Shown: positions 1-9,983, counted from the stretch's first letter. The stretch: DNA of 64,000 nucleotides from Elusimicrobiaceae bacterium (GCA_028700325.1 JAQVSV010000001.1:28085-92084); one strand, 5' to 3'. Notes: generated from the letters alone by a model not told the origin. Translations and numbers: made by a program.

Positions 1-383
1 TCGGCAGCGCGGGCGCCACGCAGGACATGGATATCGTCAGCAGCGAAATAACTTTTTCAGCCGACTGGATGAATGTGAAGGATGAAGATTCCTATCTGCA
101 GTGCGGGCTGGAAATCAGCCTGCTGACTTTAAGCGATATGCGCGCGGCGCTTCGCGGCGGTTATATGTTCAACCGCGATGTGGACGGTTTGACTCTGGGG
201 CTCGGCGCGGATCAGGGCGATATCGAGCTTGATTACGCGTTTGGCAGTTCCTCGGCGATGGACAACCGGCATCAGATCACGCTGTCTTATAAATTCGGGC
301 GCGGCCGCATCCGTCAGCCTGACGCGCAAGGCGGCTCCGCCGCCGATGACTCCGATGACCCCGGCATAATCATCGTCGAATAA
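1..383 (+). CDS. C-terminal fragment of an outer-membrane beta-barrel protein, PorV/PorQ-like (5' end lies outside the window)
   Basis: The frame is open from the window edge. The tail GLTLGLGADQGDIELDYAFGSS..HQITLSYKF parallels the C-terminus of the 44933-45907 product (GATFGAGLKYSKTAFDFAWVPFG..FRYTLSVQF). A short acidic/Gly-rich extension follows. Confidence 0.4.
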   Translation, partial: GSAGATQDMDIVSSEITFSADWMNVKDEDSYLQCGLEISLLTLSDMRAALRGGYMFNRDVDGLTLGLGADQGDIELDYAFGSSSAMDNRHQITLSYKFGRGRIRQPDAQGGSAADDSDDPGIIIVE

Positions 384-462
384 GCCGCCGCAGGGGCTGT
401 CTTTTCTGGTAATGGAAAGCCTCCGCGGATACGGAGGCTTTTTTAGGTTATCCGGCAAGCTG

Positions 463-1488
463 TCAGTCCCAGACTTTAACCAGCCTTATCGTGATTTTTT
501 CCCGGTTGGAGGCTGTTTCCACCACGGGGCAGAGCGTTGTTCCGTCCGACGTTATAACAGGGTAATCGGTGTTTCTGTGCACATGTCCGCAGTTCCACAG
601 GCCTATATGAGGCGTTCTGCCAAGGTAATCTGCCACAAATGCGTATTCCTGCGGTGAAAACAGAAAGTAGCCCTGCCAGGTTTCTCTGGTAAGCGGGAAA
701 TGCGACAGGACGATCAGGTGTTTGGGCCCGGCTTCGGAGTTTGCGTAATGATTTTTGAACCAGTGCCAGGTGCCGCCGGGAAAATCAAAAAAATCAATTT
801 TGTAACCGGTTTTGGGGCCGCCGTCCGGTTTATAGGTGCGTCCGATAAAGTCCAGCGCGGCAAACGCATACCCGCCATAACGGAACGCGTAGTTCTGGAA
901 ATATGAGGCGGTGTTGGTGACGGGGTCGGTGGTTCTGGAAAGGCGGGTGCCGTCGTCCCAGCCGGGCATCACGCCGCGCAGTCTGGAAAACACCGGCGCG
1001 AAAATATCTTTAAAATATTCGTCCCCGGCCGGCGCGGGCGCGACCGCTCCGCCCACCGAGTATGGCCATACGTCATGATTGCCGATGACCGGCACATAAG
1101 GCACGTCCAGCGAGTCCAGAATTTCCCTGGCTTTCAGATACTCCGATTTCTGGGCGTGCTGGGTTAAATCGCCGGTGACGGCTACGAATTTGATTTTCAG
1201 GCTGTCTTTGCTGGAGTTGATCCGGTTTACCGCGGCCCGCAGGTTTTTTGCGGGGGTTCCCTCGTCGCCATCCGGCGGCAGGTCGTCGTAACCCGGGGTG
1301 CCGTAATCGGTGGTGTTATAGCCTATATGCAGATCGGTCAGCTGGGCGTACGAGAAATCCCATTTGCTGCCGGAACCGCCGGAGTTTATGTTGTAGGTCA
1401 GGATATCGCGGCTGGTGTCGCCGTCCTGCGCGGATGCGGGAGCGCCGGAAAACAGCGCGAAACAGAAAAGCCAGAGCAATTTTCTCAT
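463..1488 (-). CDS. secreted calcineurin-like metallophosphoesterase
   Basis: Signal peptide MRKLLWLFCFALFSGAPASA. Ordered metallophosphoesterase motifs are present: DLHIG, GDLT, GNHD, SHFP, GHVH. Confidence 0.8.
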   Translation of the reverse strand: MRKLLWLFCFALFSGAPASAQDGDTSRDILTYNINSGGSGSKWDFSYAQLTDLHIGYNTTDYGTPGYDDLPPDGDEGTPAKNLRAAVNRINSSKDSLKIKFVAVTGDLTQHAQKSEYLKAREILDSLDVPYVPVIGNHDVWPYSVGGAVAPAPAGDEYFKDIFAPVFSRLRGVMPGWDDGTRLSRTTDPVTNTASYFQNYAFRYGGYAFAALDFIGRTYKPDGGPKTGYKIDFFDFPGGTWHWFKNHYANSEAGPKHLIVLSHFPLTRETWQGYFLFSPQEYAFVADYLGRTPHIGLWNCGHVHRNTDYPVITSDGTTLCPVVETASNREKITIRLVKVWD

Positions 1489-1574
1489 ATTAATTCATTA
1501 TAACAAAGACCTGCTGTTTCGAGCGCTGGCCGTGCGGCCCGGCGTATTTGCGCGGCCCGCGGCTTCTAAAAAAG

Positions 1575-2705
1575 CTAGGCGGAATACGCGGTTCGCAGCG
1601 TGCGCAGATAATCCGCGTCTTCGGCGACTGTTTTTGCGGCGGTGTTTGTTATCTTGGCGACCGGCCGGCCGTTGCAGCGCACCATCTTTATCACGCTGTT
1701 AAGGCGCGGCAGGCCGATATTGTTGTCAAGCCAGGAGCCGATCCCGAACAGCACATTCGCCTGCGCCCCGAACGCCGCCGCTATTGCCGCCGCTTTTTCC
1801 GGTGTCACCATATCGCTGAACACGAGCGTTTTGGTTTTCGGGTCAATGCCGAACGCGCGGTAATGCTCCAGTATGCGGCGGCCCCATTCAAGCGGATCGC
1901 CGCTGTCATGGCGTACGCCGGAGTAGGCGGCCGCGAGTTCGGGGCCGAAATCAGCCAGAAAGCCGTCCGTATCAATCACATCGGTCAGCGCGACGGCGAA
2001 TTGGCCGCCGTGTTCTTTCAGCCACAGCTTGAGCATCTCGCGCTGGCCGGCGCGCGGTCCGTAAAACGCCTGGCCCGCCTGAAGATACTCGTGCGCCATC
2101 GTGCCGACCGCGGGCATATTGCCGAGCATGGCGAACAGCACGTTGCTGGTGCCGCCGAACCCGGGGAATTCCCTGACCGCGTCAAGCACCCGGCGCTGAT
2201 GCTCGAACGACACCCGCCGGCGCGTTCCGAAATCGCTGAATTTCACGCCGGCGGCCCGGAGTTTCTCAACCGGAGGCAGCGCGTCGCGCGCAACGGTTTT
2301 GAACCGGCCCGCGTAAAACAGTTCGTTGACGAGCGCGAGCAGCGGCACTTCAAAAAGAATGGTCTGAAGCCACGGCCCCTCTATGCGGACGGACAGGTTT
2401 CCTTCGCGGATTTCTATCCGCACCTGTTCGGGTTTGAGCGAAAACGCGGTTAGAAATTCCAGAAAATCCGCGCGGAAACACTTTAGCCCCGCCAGATAAT
2501 CCTTTTCCGCCCTGTCCAGCCGCAGCGCGCCCAGTTCCCTGACCGCCGCCTCAAGCGCCGGCGCGATTTCCGGCAAGTACCGGGCGTGCTCGTGATTGCG
2601 GCACACCAGCGCGTATTCCGCGTTTGCCGCGGGGAAATTATGAAACACCGCCTGCATCATCGTGAATTTGTACAAATCGTTATCAAGCAGACTGGATATA
2701 AGCAT
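1575..2705 (-). CDS. pncB: nicotinate phosphoribosyltransferase
   Basis: N-terminus MLISSLLDNDLYKFTMMQAVFH is characteristic of PncB. Length is 376 aa. Internal FSDFGTRRR and GTMAHE blocks are present. Confidence 0.88.
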   Translation of the reverse strand: MLISSLLDNDLYKFTMMQAVFHNFPAANAEYALVCRNHEHARYLPEIAPALEAAVRELGALRLDRAEKDYLAGLKCFRADFLEFLTAFSLKPEQVRIEIREGNLSVRIEGPWLQTILFEVPLLALVNELFYAGRFKTVARDALPPVEKLRAAGVKFSDFGTRRRVSFEHQRRVLDAVREFPGFGGTSNVLFAMLGNMPAVGTMAHEYLQAGQAFYGPRAGQREMLKLWLKEHGGQFAVALTDVIDTDGFLADFGPELAAAYSGVRHDSGDPLEWGRRILEHYRAFGIDPKTKTLVFSDMVTPEKAAAIAAAFGAQANVLFGIGSWLDNNIGLPRLNSVIKMVRCNGRPVAKITNTAAKTVAEDADYLRTLRTAYSA

Positions 2706-2708
2706 AAC

Positions 2709-3077
2709 TCACCGTGCAGGCACGATTTCCAGCCAGTAGCCGTCAGGGTCTTTTATGAAGCAGATCCCCATTGTTTCGTTTTCGTGGCAGATGCAGTTCA
2801 TTTTGCGGTGCAGTTTTTTCGCCGCCTCGAAATCGTCCACCCGAACCGCCAGATGGAATTCGCCTTCTCCAGGATTGTATTTTTCGGTCCGGTTTTTTAG
2901 CCGCGTCAGCTCCAGCCGAAACTGAGGCTGCCCGTCGCCCAGATCGCCGAGCGTGAAACTGCCGTCCGCCGCTTCGCGGCGTTTCATCTCTTTAAGGCCC
3001 AGCGTTTTTGCATAAAACGCCATGCTGCGCTCAAAATCAAGCACATTGAAATTGTAATGATCGAATTTGAACTGCAT
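2709..3077 (-). CDS. VOC (glyoxalase I/bleomycin-resistance) family protein
   Basis: 122 aa. HYNFNV..ERSMAFY start and GEGEFHLAV ... DPDGYWLEIV end are typical of single-domain VOC proteins. Only 3 nt separate its stop from the pncB start. Confidence 0.72.
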   Translation of the reverse strand: MQFKFDHYNFNVLDFERSMAFYAKTLGLKEMKRREAADGSFTLGDLGDGQPQFRLELTRLKNRTEKYNPGEGEFHLAVRVDDFEAAKKLHRKMNCICHENETMGICFIKDPDGYWLEIVPAR

Positions 3078-3101
3078 GGGCTTTTCCCCGCCGCACCCGG
3101 C

Positions 3102-3983
3102 TTAGTTATAGCCGAGGTCAATATCGCCGGACGTGGTGGTCACGGTGACTTTCAGCCGCGAGCTCATGTCCAGCATGGTTTTCTGGCCGGTCACCGTGCC
3201 GGTTACGGTTTCCCGGTAAAAAGCCAGTTTGGCGCCGACCGGGAAATCCAGCCCGATATGCCCGCTTACGGAAGCGGCGGTGATTTCTCCCGCCGGAGGC
3301 GTGGCAGCCCAGTCCAGATCCACCGGCCCGCTTACCGTTTCAATCCGCGCCGGGCCGGAAAGCAGACCGGTTATGCCGCCGCTTTTCGTGCCCAGATCCG
3401 CCCGGCCTTTGGTGTAAGCCACATGGATATCGCCGGAAATATTCCGGGCGACCACGGCGGACCCGGAATAAATTTTTATCGCGCCGCTGACCGAGCCGGC
3501 GTCAATGTTTCCGGCGGCGCCGGTTACCATTATGTCGCCCGACACGGTTCTGACCGCAATGTCGCTTCCTGCCCGCACCGTAATGTCGCCGCTGGTGGAG
3601 GCAAGATCGGCGCGCGAGCCGATTCCGGAAACGTCTATGAACCCGGAAACGGTTTTAAGCGCGGGCTCGACCGCCGGGTCGGGAACGGTTATATGAACCT
3701 GCGCGCGGCAGGCGCCGCCTGAATCGGGAACCGGCGCTATTCGCGCCGCCAGTTCGCCGCGCTCGAGCGTTATGCTGAGCGTGCACAGTTTGTCGTCGTA
3801 CCGCGATACTTCCAGACGAGCAGGGCCGGTTTCCACGTCAAGGTCAATTCCGCCCGATACGGTCGCTATATTCAGGGTTTTAATTTCGCCAGGCTTGTAT
3901 TGCCTGGTCACAGTCGTTTCGGCCGCCATGGCCGGCGCGAGCGCGCAGCACGCAAAAAACAGCACGGCATGTTTACAGTTCAT
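3102..3983 (-). CDS. DUF4097-like beta-strand-repeat protein with signal peptide
   Basis: N-terminal MNCKHAVLFFACCALAPAMA. Repeated short units end in SG(D/A/G)I (VSGDIMV, ISGDIHV, TSGDITV, TSGDIDL), as in DUF4097 putative adhesins. Confidence 0.55.
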   Translation of the reverse strand: MNCKHAVLFFACCALAPAMAAETTVTRQYKPGEIKTLNIATVSGGIDLDVETGPARLEVSRYDDKLCTLSITLERGELAARIAPVPDSGGACRAQVHITVPDPAVEPALKTVSGFIDVSGIGSRADLASTSGDITVRAGSDIAVRTVSGDIMVTGAAGNIDAGSVSGAIKIYSGSAVVARNISGDIHVAYTKGRADLGTKSGGITGLLSGPARIETVSGPVDLDWAATPPAGEITAASVSGHIGLDFPVGAKLAFYRETVTGTVTGQKTMLDMSSRLKVTVTTTSGDIDLGYN

Positions 3984-4015
3984 ATCTCTCCTTGTTCCGG
4001 AATATTGAAAATAAC

Positions 4016-6025
4016 TTATGAAAAATCCGGTTTCTTGTGCGCCAGCAGCCGCGCGGCCGCCTTGCGCTGTTCTTCCGGCCCGAACACGATGGCGATGTCA
4101 TGCGCGGTAAATACGGTCTGCGGCGCGGGCGCGGCGATGGTCTTGCCGTTGCGGTAAATCGCCACGACGGTCGCGCCGGTTTTGGTTTTTACCTCCAGCA
4201 CCGAAATGCGTTTTTTCGCCGCGGCGAAACCCACCGTGCACAGCAGCACCTGCTCTCTGGGCCGGGCGAAAACCGACTGATGCTGCGGTTCGCTGGTGGC
4301 CAGCCCGATAACCTGATCCAGCATCAGTTCCATGCTGTTGCGTGCTGAAGCGATCTGGTTTTTAAGCATGAACGAGATGACCAGCGCCGGCGCCGCCACA
4401 AACATCAGCCCGGCCGGCAGATCTATTTTGGGGGAAGCGTAGAACAGAAACAGCAGGCCGAACATGGTCAGCAGGAAATAATTGATCACCTTGTAGGTAT
4501 ATGAAATATTCATTTTCTGCATCAGCCGCACCGGAGAGAACCGCGCCAGCACTATGGTAAGCGAGATAAGCAGCATGTGGTCGCAATAGCGCGCTATGGA
4601 CAGGAAAAGCGGCACGCACAGCACTCCGAACGCCACCCACGCGGGGATCAGCACGCGCGGAAAATCCGCGTCGTCCAGCACCGAAGCGGCGAACCCGCCG
4701 GCGTAGAACAAGCCCGCGAGCAGGGTCACATACATGCCCAGCCGCAGCATGTATTTTGAAAACACCGATTGCTGGCCCTCGTTATAAACCGGCGCGGCGG
4801 TGCGTTCCAGAAAGTCGCGGTAGCGGGCCAGCATATCGTTTGCGCCGGCCGGAGCGAGCAGGAACAGTTTTTCCTCTATTTTGCGCGAGTGGCGGATCAG
4901 AAGCGGCGCGATGAACGCCGTCAGAGTGGAAATGGCGACCGCCAGAGAATACAGCGTGTCGGAAATCAGGCCGAGCCCCGCGCCGGCCGCCACGATGATG
5001 AAGGAGAATTCGCCTAGCTGGGCGATGCTGGCGCCGATTTTAACGGAGTCGGAATTGCTGCGCCCGACCGCCAGCGAGGCAAGCGTGCCCCAGCTCATCC
5101 GGCCGATAACCGCGACAGTCGTGATAATCGTGACCGGCAGCCAGTTGGCGATCAGTATTCTCGGGTTGACCAGCATGCCCGCCGACACGAAAAACAGCGC
5201 GCTGAACATGTCGCGCAGCGGGCGCACCCAGTCCTCTATCGAATCAATATGATCCGTCGCGGCTATTATCGCGCCGATAAGGAAGGTGCCCAACGCCAGC
5301 GAAAACCCGAAATGCGATGCCAGCAGCGCGCTGGCGAAACATAAAGCCAGTACGCAGATCCCGGTCATTTCAGTGTTGCGGAAACGGGTGACCGAAGCCA
5401 GCACTTTCGGCACGATCAGCAACCCCAGAATAAGGAACAGCATGATGAAAAACATTATCCGCACGAATGAAGTTGTCGCGTCCAGCGCGATCAGCCCGCT
5501 GTGCGCGCCCAGCCCGGAGATTACCGACAGCATGATCATCGCCGCTATATCGTCGCAGATCATTATGCCGAATACCGACCGGGCGAACGGTTCACTGGTC
5601 AGGCGCATGTCAAAAAACACCTTTGCGATCAGGGAACTGCCGCTTATCGAAAGCATCGCGCCCAGAAACGCGCAGGCGGGTGTTGACCAGCCCATCACCC
5701 GGCCCAGCATAAAACCCGTCAGCAGCATTCCTGTTACCACGATGCTCGCCGCGACCGCCACAGCCACTCCCGCTTTGCGCAGGCGCGGCAGATTAAAATC
5801 CAGCCCTAATGAAAACATTATGAAAATAAGGCCCAACTGGGAGATTGAGCGGATTGAGGCGATATCGCTCACCAGCGCGAACGGCGGAGTGAACGGCCCG
5901 ACAATGAAGCCCGCCAGCAGATATCCGATTACCGACGGCTGTTTCAGCCTGTGGCAGATAAACATTACCACGGCGGCGACCGTCATGATGACGGCCAGAT
6001 CCTGAAGCAGCAAACCGGAATTCAT
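4016..6025 (-). CDS. monovalent cation:proton antiporter (CPA2/Kef-type) with C-terminal TrkA-C (RCK_C) domain
   Basis: About 12 hydrophobic helices. N-terminus LLQDLAVIM..HRLKQPSVIGYLLAGFIVGP is typical of Na/H-exchanger family proteins. The C-terminal GATVVAIYRNGKTIAAPAPQTVFTAHDIAIVFG is TrkA-C-like. Confidence 0.85.
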   Translation of the reverse strand: MNSGLLLQDLAVIMTVAAVVMFICHRLKQPSVIGYLLAGFIVGPFTPPFALVSDIASIRSISQLGLIFIMFSLGLDFNLPRLRKAGVAVAVAASIVVTGMLLTGFMLGRVMGWSTPACAFLGAMLSISGSSLIAKVFFDMRLTSEPFARSVFGIMICDDIAAMIMLSVISGLGAHSGLIALDATTSFVRIMFFIMLFLILGLLIVPKVLASVTRFRNTEMTGICVLALCFASALLASHFGFSLALGTFLIGAIIAATDHIDSIEDWVRPLRDMFSALFFVSAGMLVNPRILIANWLPVTIITTVAVIGRMSWGTLASLAVGRSNSDSVKIGASIAQLGEFSFIIVAAGAGLGLISDTLYSLAVAISTLTAFIAPLLIRHSRKIEEKLFLLAPAGANDMLARYRDFLERTAAPVYNEGQQSVFSKYMLRLGMYVTLLAGLFYAGGFAASVLDDADFPRVLIPAWVAFGVLCVPLFLSIARYCDHMLLISLTIVLARFSPVRLMQKMNISYTYKVINYFLLTMFGLLFLFYASPKIDLPAGLMFVAAPALVISFMLKNQIASARNSMELMLDQVIGLATSEPQHQSVFARPREQVLLCTVGFAAAKKRISVLEVKTKTGATVVAIYRNGKTIAAPAPQTVFTAHDIAIVFGPEEQRKAAARLLAHKKPDFS

Positions 6026-6100
6026 CAGTTAATTCTAGCAAACCTTATGGCTTTTTTCTTCCTGAAAATCAAAAAACTCCGGTATAAAACCGGGGTTTTT

Positions 6101-6177
6101 TGGTTGCGGAGACTGGATTTGAACCAGTGATCTCAAGGTTATGGGCCTTGCGGGATACCGGGCTTCCCTACTCCGCA
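6101..6177 (-). tRNA. tRNA with CAU anticodon (elongator Met or lysidine-modified Ile2), CCA encoded
   Basis: Reverse complement: TGCGGAG-TA-GGGA-AGCCCGGTA-TCCC-G-CAAGG-CCCATAA-CCTTG-AGATC-ACTGG-TTCAAAT-CCAGT-CTCCGCA-A-CCA. This is a full cloverleaf with a perfect 7-bp acceptor stem. It lacks the three G:C pairs in the anticodon stem expected of an initiator. Confidence 0.85.
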
Positions 6178-6485
6178 ATATTATTGTATCACAATCCGGC
6201 GGGCTTTACAATATTTTTTATGCGGGCCGGCGCTGCGGAGGGCATGCTTTGCCGTTATTTGTCCACCCGGATCCTGCGGCGTTTTCCGCGCGAAAGGATT
6301 TGACTGAACGTCGCGGAAACGCTGTCGCGCTGCATTTTTCAGGTGAAACAATATATGTATAATGAAGAGTCCGAAAGGCCGTTGCGCGCATCGCAGCCCG
6401 TTACTGGTTTTACCGGCCTGACGGATGACTCGGCAGCATCATTTCAAGGGCGCGCTTCCGCGCCCGGGTTGAGAGGCCGTTTATT

Positions 6486-8585
6486 ATGAACAGAATCACC
6501 AGACATCCGGTTCTGCCGATCGCCGGCAGCCGGTCCGTCGAATTCACCTTTGACGGTGAAACGCTTTCCGCGCCGGAAGGCGAAATGCTTTCCTCCGCGC
6601 TTATCGCCAACGGCGTTCACGTTTTTTCGCATCATCATAAGGACCACAGCCCGCAGGGCATTTTCTGCGCCAACGGGCAGTGCGCGCAATGCACCGTGCT
6701 GGTGGACGGCGTGCCGCTCAAAGCCTGCGTCACGCCGCTGAAAAAGGGCATGAAACTGGCTACGGTCAAAGGGTTGCCGGTTCTGCCGGAACCCGACCGC
6801 GGGTGCGCGGCGGGCGAAGTGCAGGTGAAAAGCTATGACGCCGTTATCGTGGGCGGCGGCCCCGCCGGACTGGCGGCGGCGGTCGAACTGGGCAGGGCCG
6901 GCGCGTCCGTGCTGCTTATAGACGACAAGCACCGGCTTGGCGGGAAACTGGTTCTGCAGACTCATAAATTTTTCGGGTCCGTGGCGGACTGCCACGCCGG
7001 AACCCGCGGCATTGACATAGCCCGACAGCTTGAGGCGGAACTGGCGCAATATCCCAATATCGAAATCTGGCTCAACAGTTTTGCGGCGGCGGTTTTTTCC
7101 GACAACAAGATCGGAGTGGACCGCGGCGGCGTCTATTGCCTCGTGGAACCGCGCGCCCTGCTCATAGCCGCCGGCGCGCGGGAAAAATTTCTGGCGTTTC
7201 CCGGCAACACGCTGCCCGGCGTTTACGGCGCGGGCGCGTTCCAGACCCTTATCAACCGCGATCTAGTGCGGCCGTGCCGGAAACTTTTTATCGTGGGCGG
7301 CGGCAATGTGGGACTTATAGCGGGTTACCACGCGCTGCAGGCCGGCATTGAAGTGGCTGGCCTTATCGAGGCGCTGCCTCAGGTGGGCGGCTACAAGGTT
7401 CACGCCGACAAGCTGCGGCGGCTGGGCGTGCCGGTTTACACCTCGCACACGATAGTGCGGGCGAGCGGAGGCGGGCATGTCGAGTCCGTCACCATAGCGG
7501 AAGTGGACGCGAATTTCAAGCCCGTGCCGGGCACCTTCAAAACCCTGAAGGTGGACACGCTGCTCGTTGCGGTCGGACTGGACCGCTGCGCCGAACTGCT
7601 GACTCAGGCGCGCAGGTTCCGCATGAACGTGTACGCCGCCGGAGACTCCGAGGAGATTGCCGAGGCTTCAGCCGCCATGTTCAGCGGAAAAATTACCGGG
7701 CGCGACATGGCCCGCAATCTGGGGCTGGTGAAGGAAAACGCGCCGCGCGAATGGAAATACATGCTTGAGGTGCTGAAAAGCCGGCCGGGCAAAACCTATC
7801 CCAAACGCACGCCACTGGCGAATACCGGCGTGTTCCCGGTGTTTCACTGCCGGCAGGAAATTCCGTGCAATCCCTGCGTTTCCGCATGTCCTAAAAACAG
7901 CATAAAACTCGGCACCGAAGCGATCACGTCGCTGCCGTTTCTGGACGGCGAATGCATAGGTTGCGGGCGGTGCGTGTCGCTCTGTCCCGGGCTGGCGATC
8001 ACGCTGGTGGATTACCGTGCCGACGCGGCCAGGCCGCTGGTCACCATGGCTTATGAAATTGACCGGAACGTGTTAAAAGCCGGCCAGACGGTTACTGTAA
8101 CCGACGAGGAGGGTAAGGAGCTCGGGCAGGCCGAAATCACCAAAGTGCTGGATCTTAAAACGCCGGGCAGCACGGTGCTGGTCACCGTCGCGCCGCAGGC
8201 GCAGGCGGCGAAACTGGTTGCCGGGATAAAACTGCGTGAGGCGGACCGGCCGGTTCCGTCGGCCGACCAGATCACAGCGGAAACGCCGGATGAAACCGTC
8301 ATCTGCCGGTGCGAGCGCGTCACGCTGGGCGAAATACGCGCCGCCATCCGCTCCGGAATACGCGACCTCAACCAGCTTAAAGCCGCCACCCGCGTCAGCA
8401 TGGGCGCGTGCGGAGGAAAAACCTGCCTGACGCAGATCATGGCGATCTATCGCGCGGAGGGCGTGCCGTTTTCCGACGTTACTCCCAATACCCAGCGGCC
8501 GCTGCTTATGGAAATGCCGCTCGGGCGGTTCTGCAACTGTCAGGCCGGCGGAGCCGAACCCGGCGTTACTCACGGAGATTTTTAA
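6486..8585 (+). CDS. multi-cofactor FAD-dependent oxidoreductase, alpha-type subunit (sarcosine/opine/proline-dehydrogenase-like)
   Basis: N-terminal 2Fe-2S-like CANGQCAQCTV. Rossmann motifs VIVGGGPAGLAAA and FIVGGGNVGL. Two 4Fe-4S motifs, CNPCVSACP and CIGCGRCVSLCP. BFD-like CRCERVTLGEI...CGGKTC. Confidence 0.7.
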   Translation: MNRITRHPVLPIAGSRSVEFTFDGETLSAPEGEMLSSALIANGVHVFSHHHKDHSPQGIFCANGQCAQCTVLVDGVPLKACVTPLKKGMKLATVKGLPVLPEPDRGCAAGEVQVKSYDAVIVGGGPAGLAAAVELGRAGASVLLIDDKHRLGGKLVLQTHKFFGSVADCHAGTRGIDIARQLEAELAQYPNIEIWLNSFAAAVFSDNKIGVDRGGVYCLVEPRALLIAAGAREKFLAFPGNTLPGVYGAGAFQTLINRDLVRPCRKLFIVGGGNVGLIAGYHALQAGIEVAGLIEALPQVGGYKVHADKLRRLGVPVYTSHTIVRASGGGHVESVTIAEVDANFKPVPGTFKTLKVDTLLVAVGLDRCAELLTQARRFRMNVYAAGDSEEIAEASAAMFSGKITGRDMARNLGLVKENAPREWKYMLEVLKSRPGKTYPKRTPLANTGVFPVFHCRQEIPCNPCVSACPKNSIKLGTEAITSLPFLDGECIGCGRCVSLCPGLAITLVDYRADAARPLVTMAYEIDRNVLKAGQTVTVTDEEGKELGQAEITKVLDLKTPGSTVLVTVAPQAQAAKLVAGIKLREADRPVPSADQITAETPDETVICRCERVTLGEIRAAIRSGIRDLNQLKAATRVSMGACGGKTCLTQIMAIYRAEGVPFSDVTPNTQRPLLMEMPLGRFCNCQAGGAEPGVTHGDF

Positions 8586-8587
8586 TT

Positions 8588-9751
8588 ATGCCAGACAAAA
8601 ACAATACCTTTGACGCAATCATCGTGGGCGCCGGCAGCGTAGGCGTGCCGGCGGCGGTCGCGCTGGCGCAGGAAAAACTGCGCGTGCTGGTGGTGGATGA
8701 GCTGAGCGCGAACGCGCAGGGGCAGGGCAAAGCGGCGATCGGCGGGATCCGCGCGACGCATTCGGACGGCGCGAAAATCACCGCCTGCCTGCGCAGCCTC
8801 GAGATTTTCTCCGGCTGGAAAGACGCTCACGGCGACGATATCGGCTGGATAAAAGGCGGCTACACTTTCCCCGCCTATAACGAGTCCGACGAGAATATGA
8901 TGCGCGAACTGCTTAAAGTGCAGAAGAAATTCGGCCTCAATATTGACTGGCTCAACGCGGAGGAAATGCTCCGGCTGGTGCCCGGCCTCAACCCGGCCGG
9001 GCTGCGCGGCGGCACGCTTTCTCCCGACGACGGAAGCGCCTCGACCCTGCTCTCCAACACCGCGTTTTACCGCCGGGCCGGAGCGCTCGGCGCGGAGTTC
9101 CGGTTCAAGGAAAAAATACTGTCGGCGGTAATTGAAAAAGGCGTCGTGAAAGGGATCACCACCGCCGGCGGCACTGTTTATGCGCCCGCCGTGCTCAACT
9201 GCGCGGGAGCCAGCGCCAGGGAGGTGGCGGCGCTGTTCGGGGTGGATTCGCCCGTCTCGCCCGACATGCACGAAGCGGGCATTACCGAGCCGGTAGCCAT
9301 GCTGTTCAAGCCGATGGTGGTTGATATCCGCCCGGCCGAAACCTCCAAGAACTTTTATTTCTACCAGAACCACGAGGGCCAGATACTGTTCTGCATGACT
9401 CCCAGACCCACTCTCTGGGGCAAAAACACCGACTCGACCTCGTCGTTTCTGCCGGCAATCGCCAAACGGATGGTGGAGATCATGCCCCGGTTCGCCAACG
9501 TCAAGGTGCGCCGCACCTGGCGCGGACTGTACCCGATGACGCCGGACGGGTTCCCCATAGTTCATCGGTACGATTCGCCCAAAGGCTATATCGCGGCGAT
9601 TGGCATGTGCGGACAGGGCTTCATGCTCGGGCCGGGGCTTGGCGAATTGCTGGCGCGGCTTGTGACCGGCAAATCCACCGCAACGGACGGCATGATTCTG
9701 GCCGGTTTTTCCGCAGATCGCAGTTTCAGCGGCACCGAAAAATTCGCTTGA
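8588..9751 (+). CDS. FAD-dependent oxidoreductase, beta-type subunit (DAO family)
   Basis: I place the start at ATG 8588 (MPDKNNTFDAIIVGAGSVGVPAAVALA, a dinucleotide-binding motif), 2 nt after the upstream stop. The longer ORF from 8408 overlaps the alpha gene and is rejected. Confidence 0.75.
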   Translation: MPDKNNTFDAIIVGAGSVGVPAAVALAQEKLRVLVVDELSANAQGQGKAAIGGIRATHSDGAKITACLRSLEIFSGWKDAHGDDIGWIKGGYTFPAYNESDENMMRELLKVQKKFGLNIDWLNAEEMLRLVPGLNPAGLRGGTLSPDDGSASTLLSNTAFYRRAGALGAEFRFKEKILSAVIEKGVVKGITTAGGTVYAPAVLNCAGASAREVAALFGVDSPVSPDMHEAGITEPVAMLFKPMVVDIRPAETSKNFYFYQNHEGQILFCMTPRPTLWGKNTDSTSSFLPAIAKRMVEIMPRFANVKVRRTWRGLYPMTPDGFPIVHRYDSPKGYIAAIGMCGQGFMLGPGLGELLARLVTGKSTATDGMILAGFSADRSFSGTEKFA

Positions 9752-9926
9752 AAAGAACGGCGGGAAAAGCGGACAGCCTGCGGCCCGCGGTTTGATACGA
9801 TTGCCGTGGTCTTATGAACCTGCTGCCCCGGCTTGCGCCGAACAAGCTATCGGTTGCTCCGCCAGCGGGTCTGCACGCTTGATTTCTCCCGTTCGCGCGC
9901 CGGGTTTTTGCGAGCGGAATGTATAA

Positions 9927-9958
9927 AACCGCCCGGCTGCGACAGCAGCCGGGCGGTT
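9927..9958 (-). terminator. rho-independent terminator downstream of the DUF2892 gene
   Basis: 14-bp stem AACCGCCCGGCTGC/GCAGCCGGGCGGTT with a 4-nt loop. On the minus strand it is followed by TTTATACATT. Confidence 0.5.
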
Positions 9959-9983
9959 CCGAAAACAAGGATCGGACGCTTTG

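Noticed and set aside
6101-6177. Possibility that the CAU tRNA is the initiator tRNA-fMet.
   Set aside because: Positions 1 and 72 pair perfectly (U1-A72), and the anticodon stem is CAAGG/CCTTG without the three consecutive G:C pairs characteristic of bacterial initiators. Met and Ile2(k2C) cannot be distinguished by eye.
6300-6363. Possible promoter (TATAAT at 6358-6363) upstream of the oxidoreductase operon, and another TATAAT at 47933-47938 upstream of the GT2 gene.
   Set aside because: Neither has a convincing -35 element at 16-18 nt spacing, so they are too weak to list as features.
8408-8587. N-terminal extensions of several ORF-track entries: 8408, 11152, 22303, 49370, 57405, 59152 and 63977.
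   Set aside because: The extensions overlap the upstream gene or have non-protein-like Arg/Pro-rich sequence. In each case an internal ATG sits at the start of the conserved family N-terminus, usually with an SD or an overlap-coupled stop/start.
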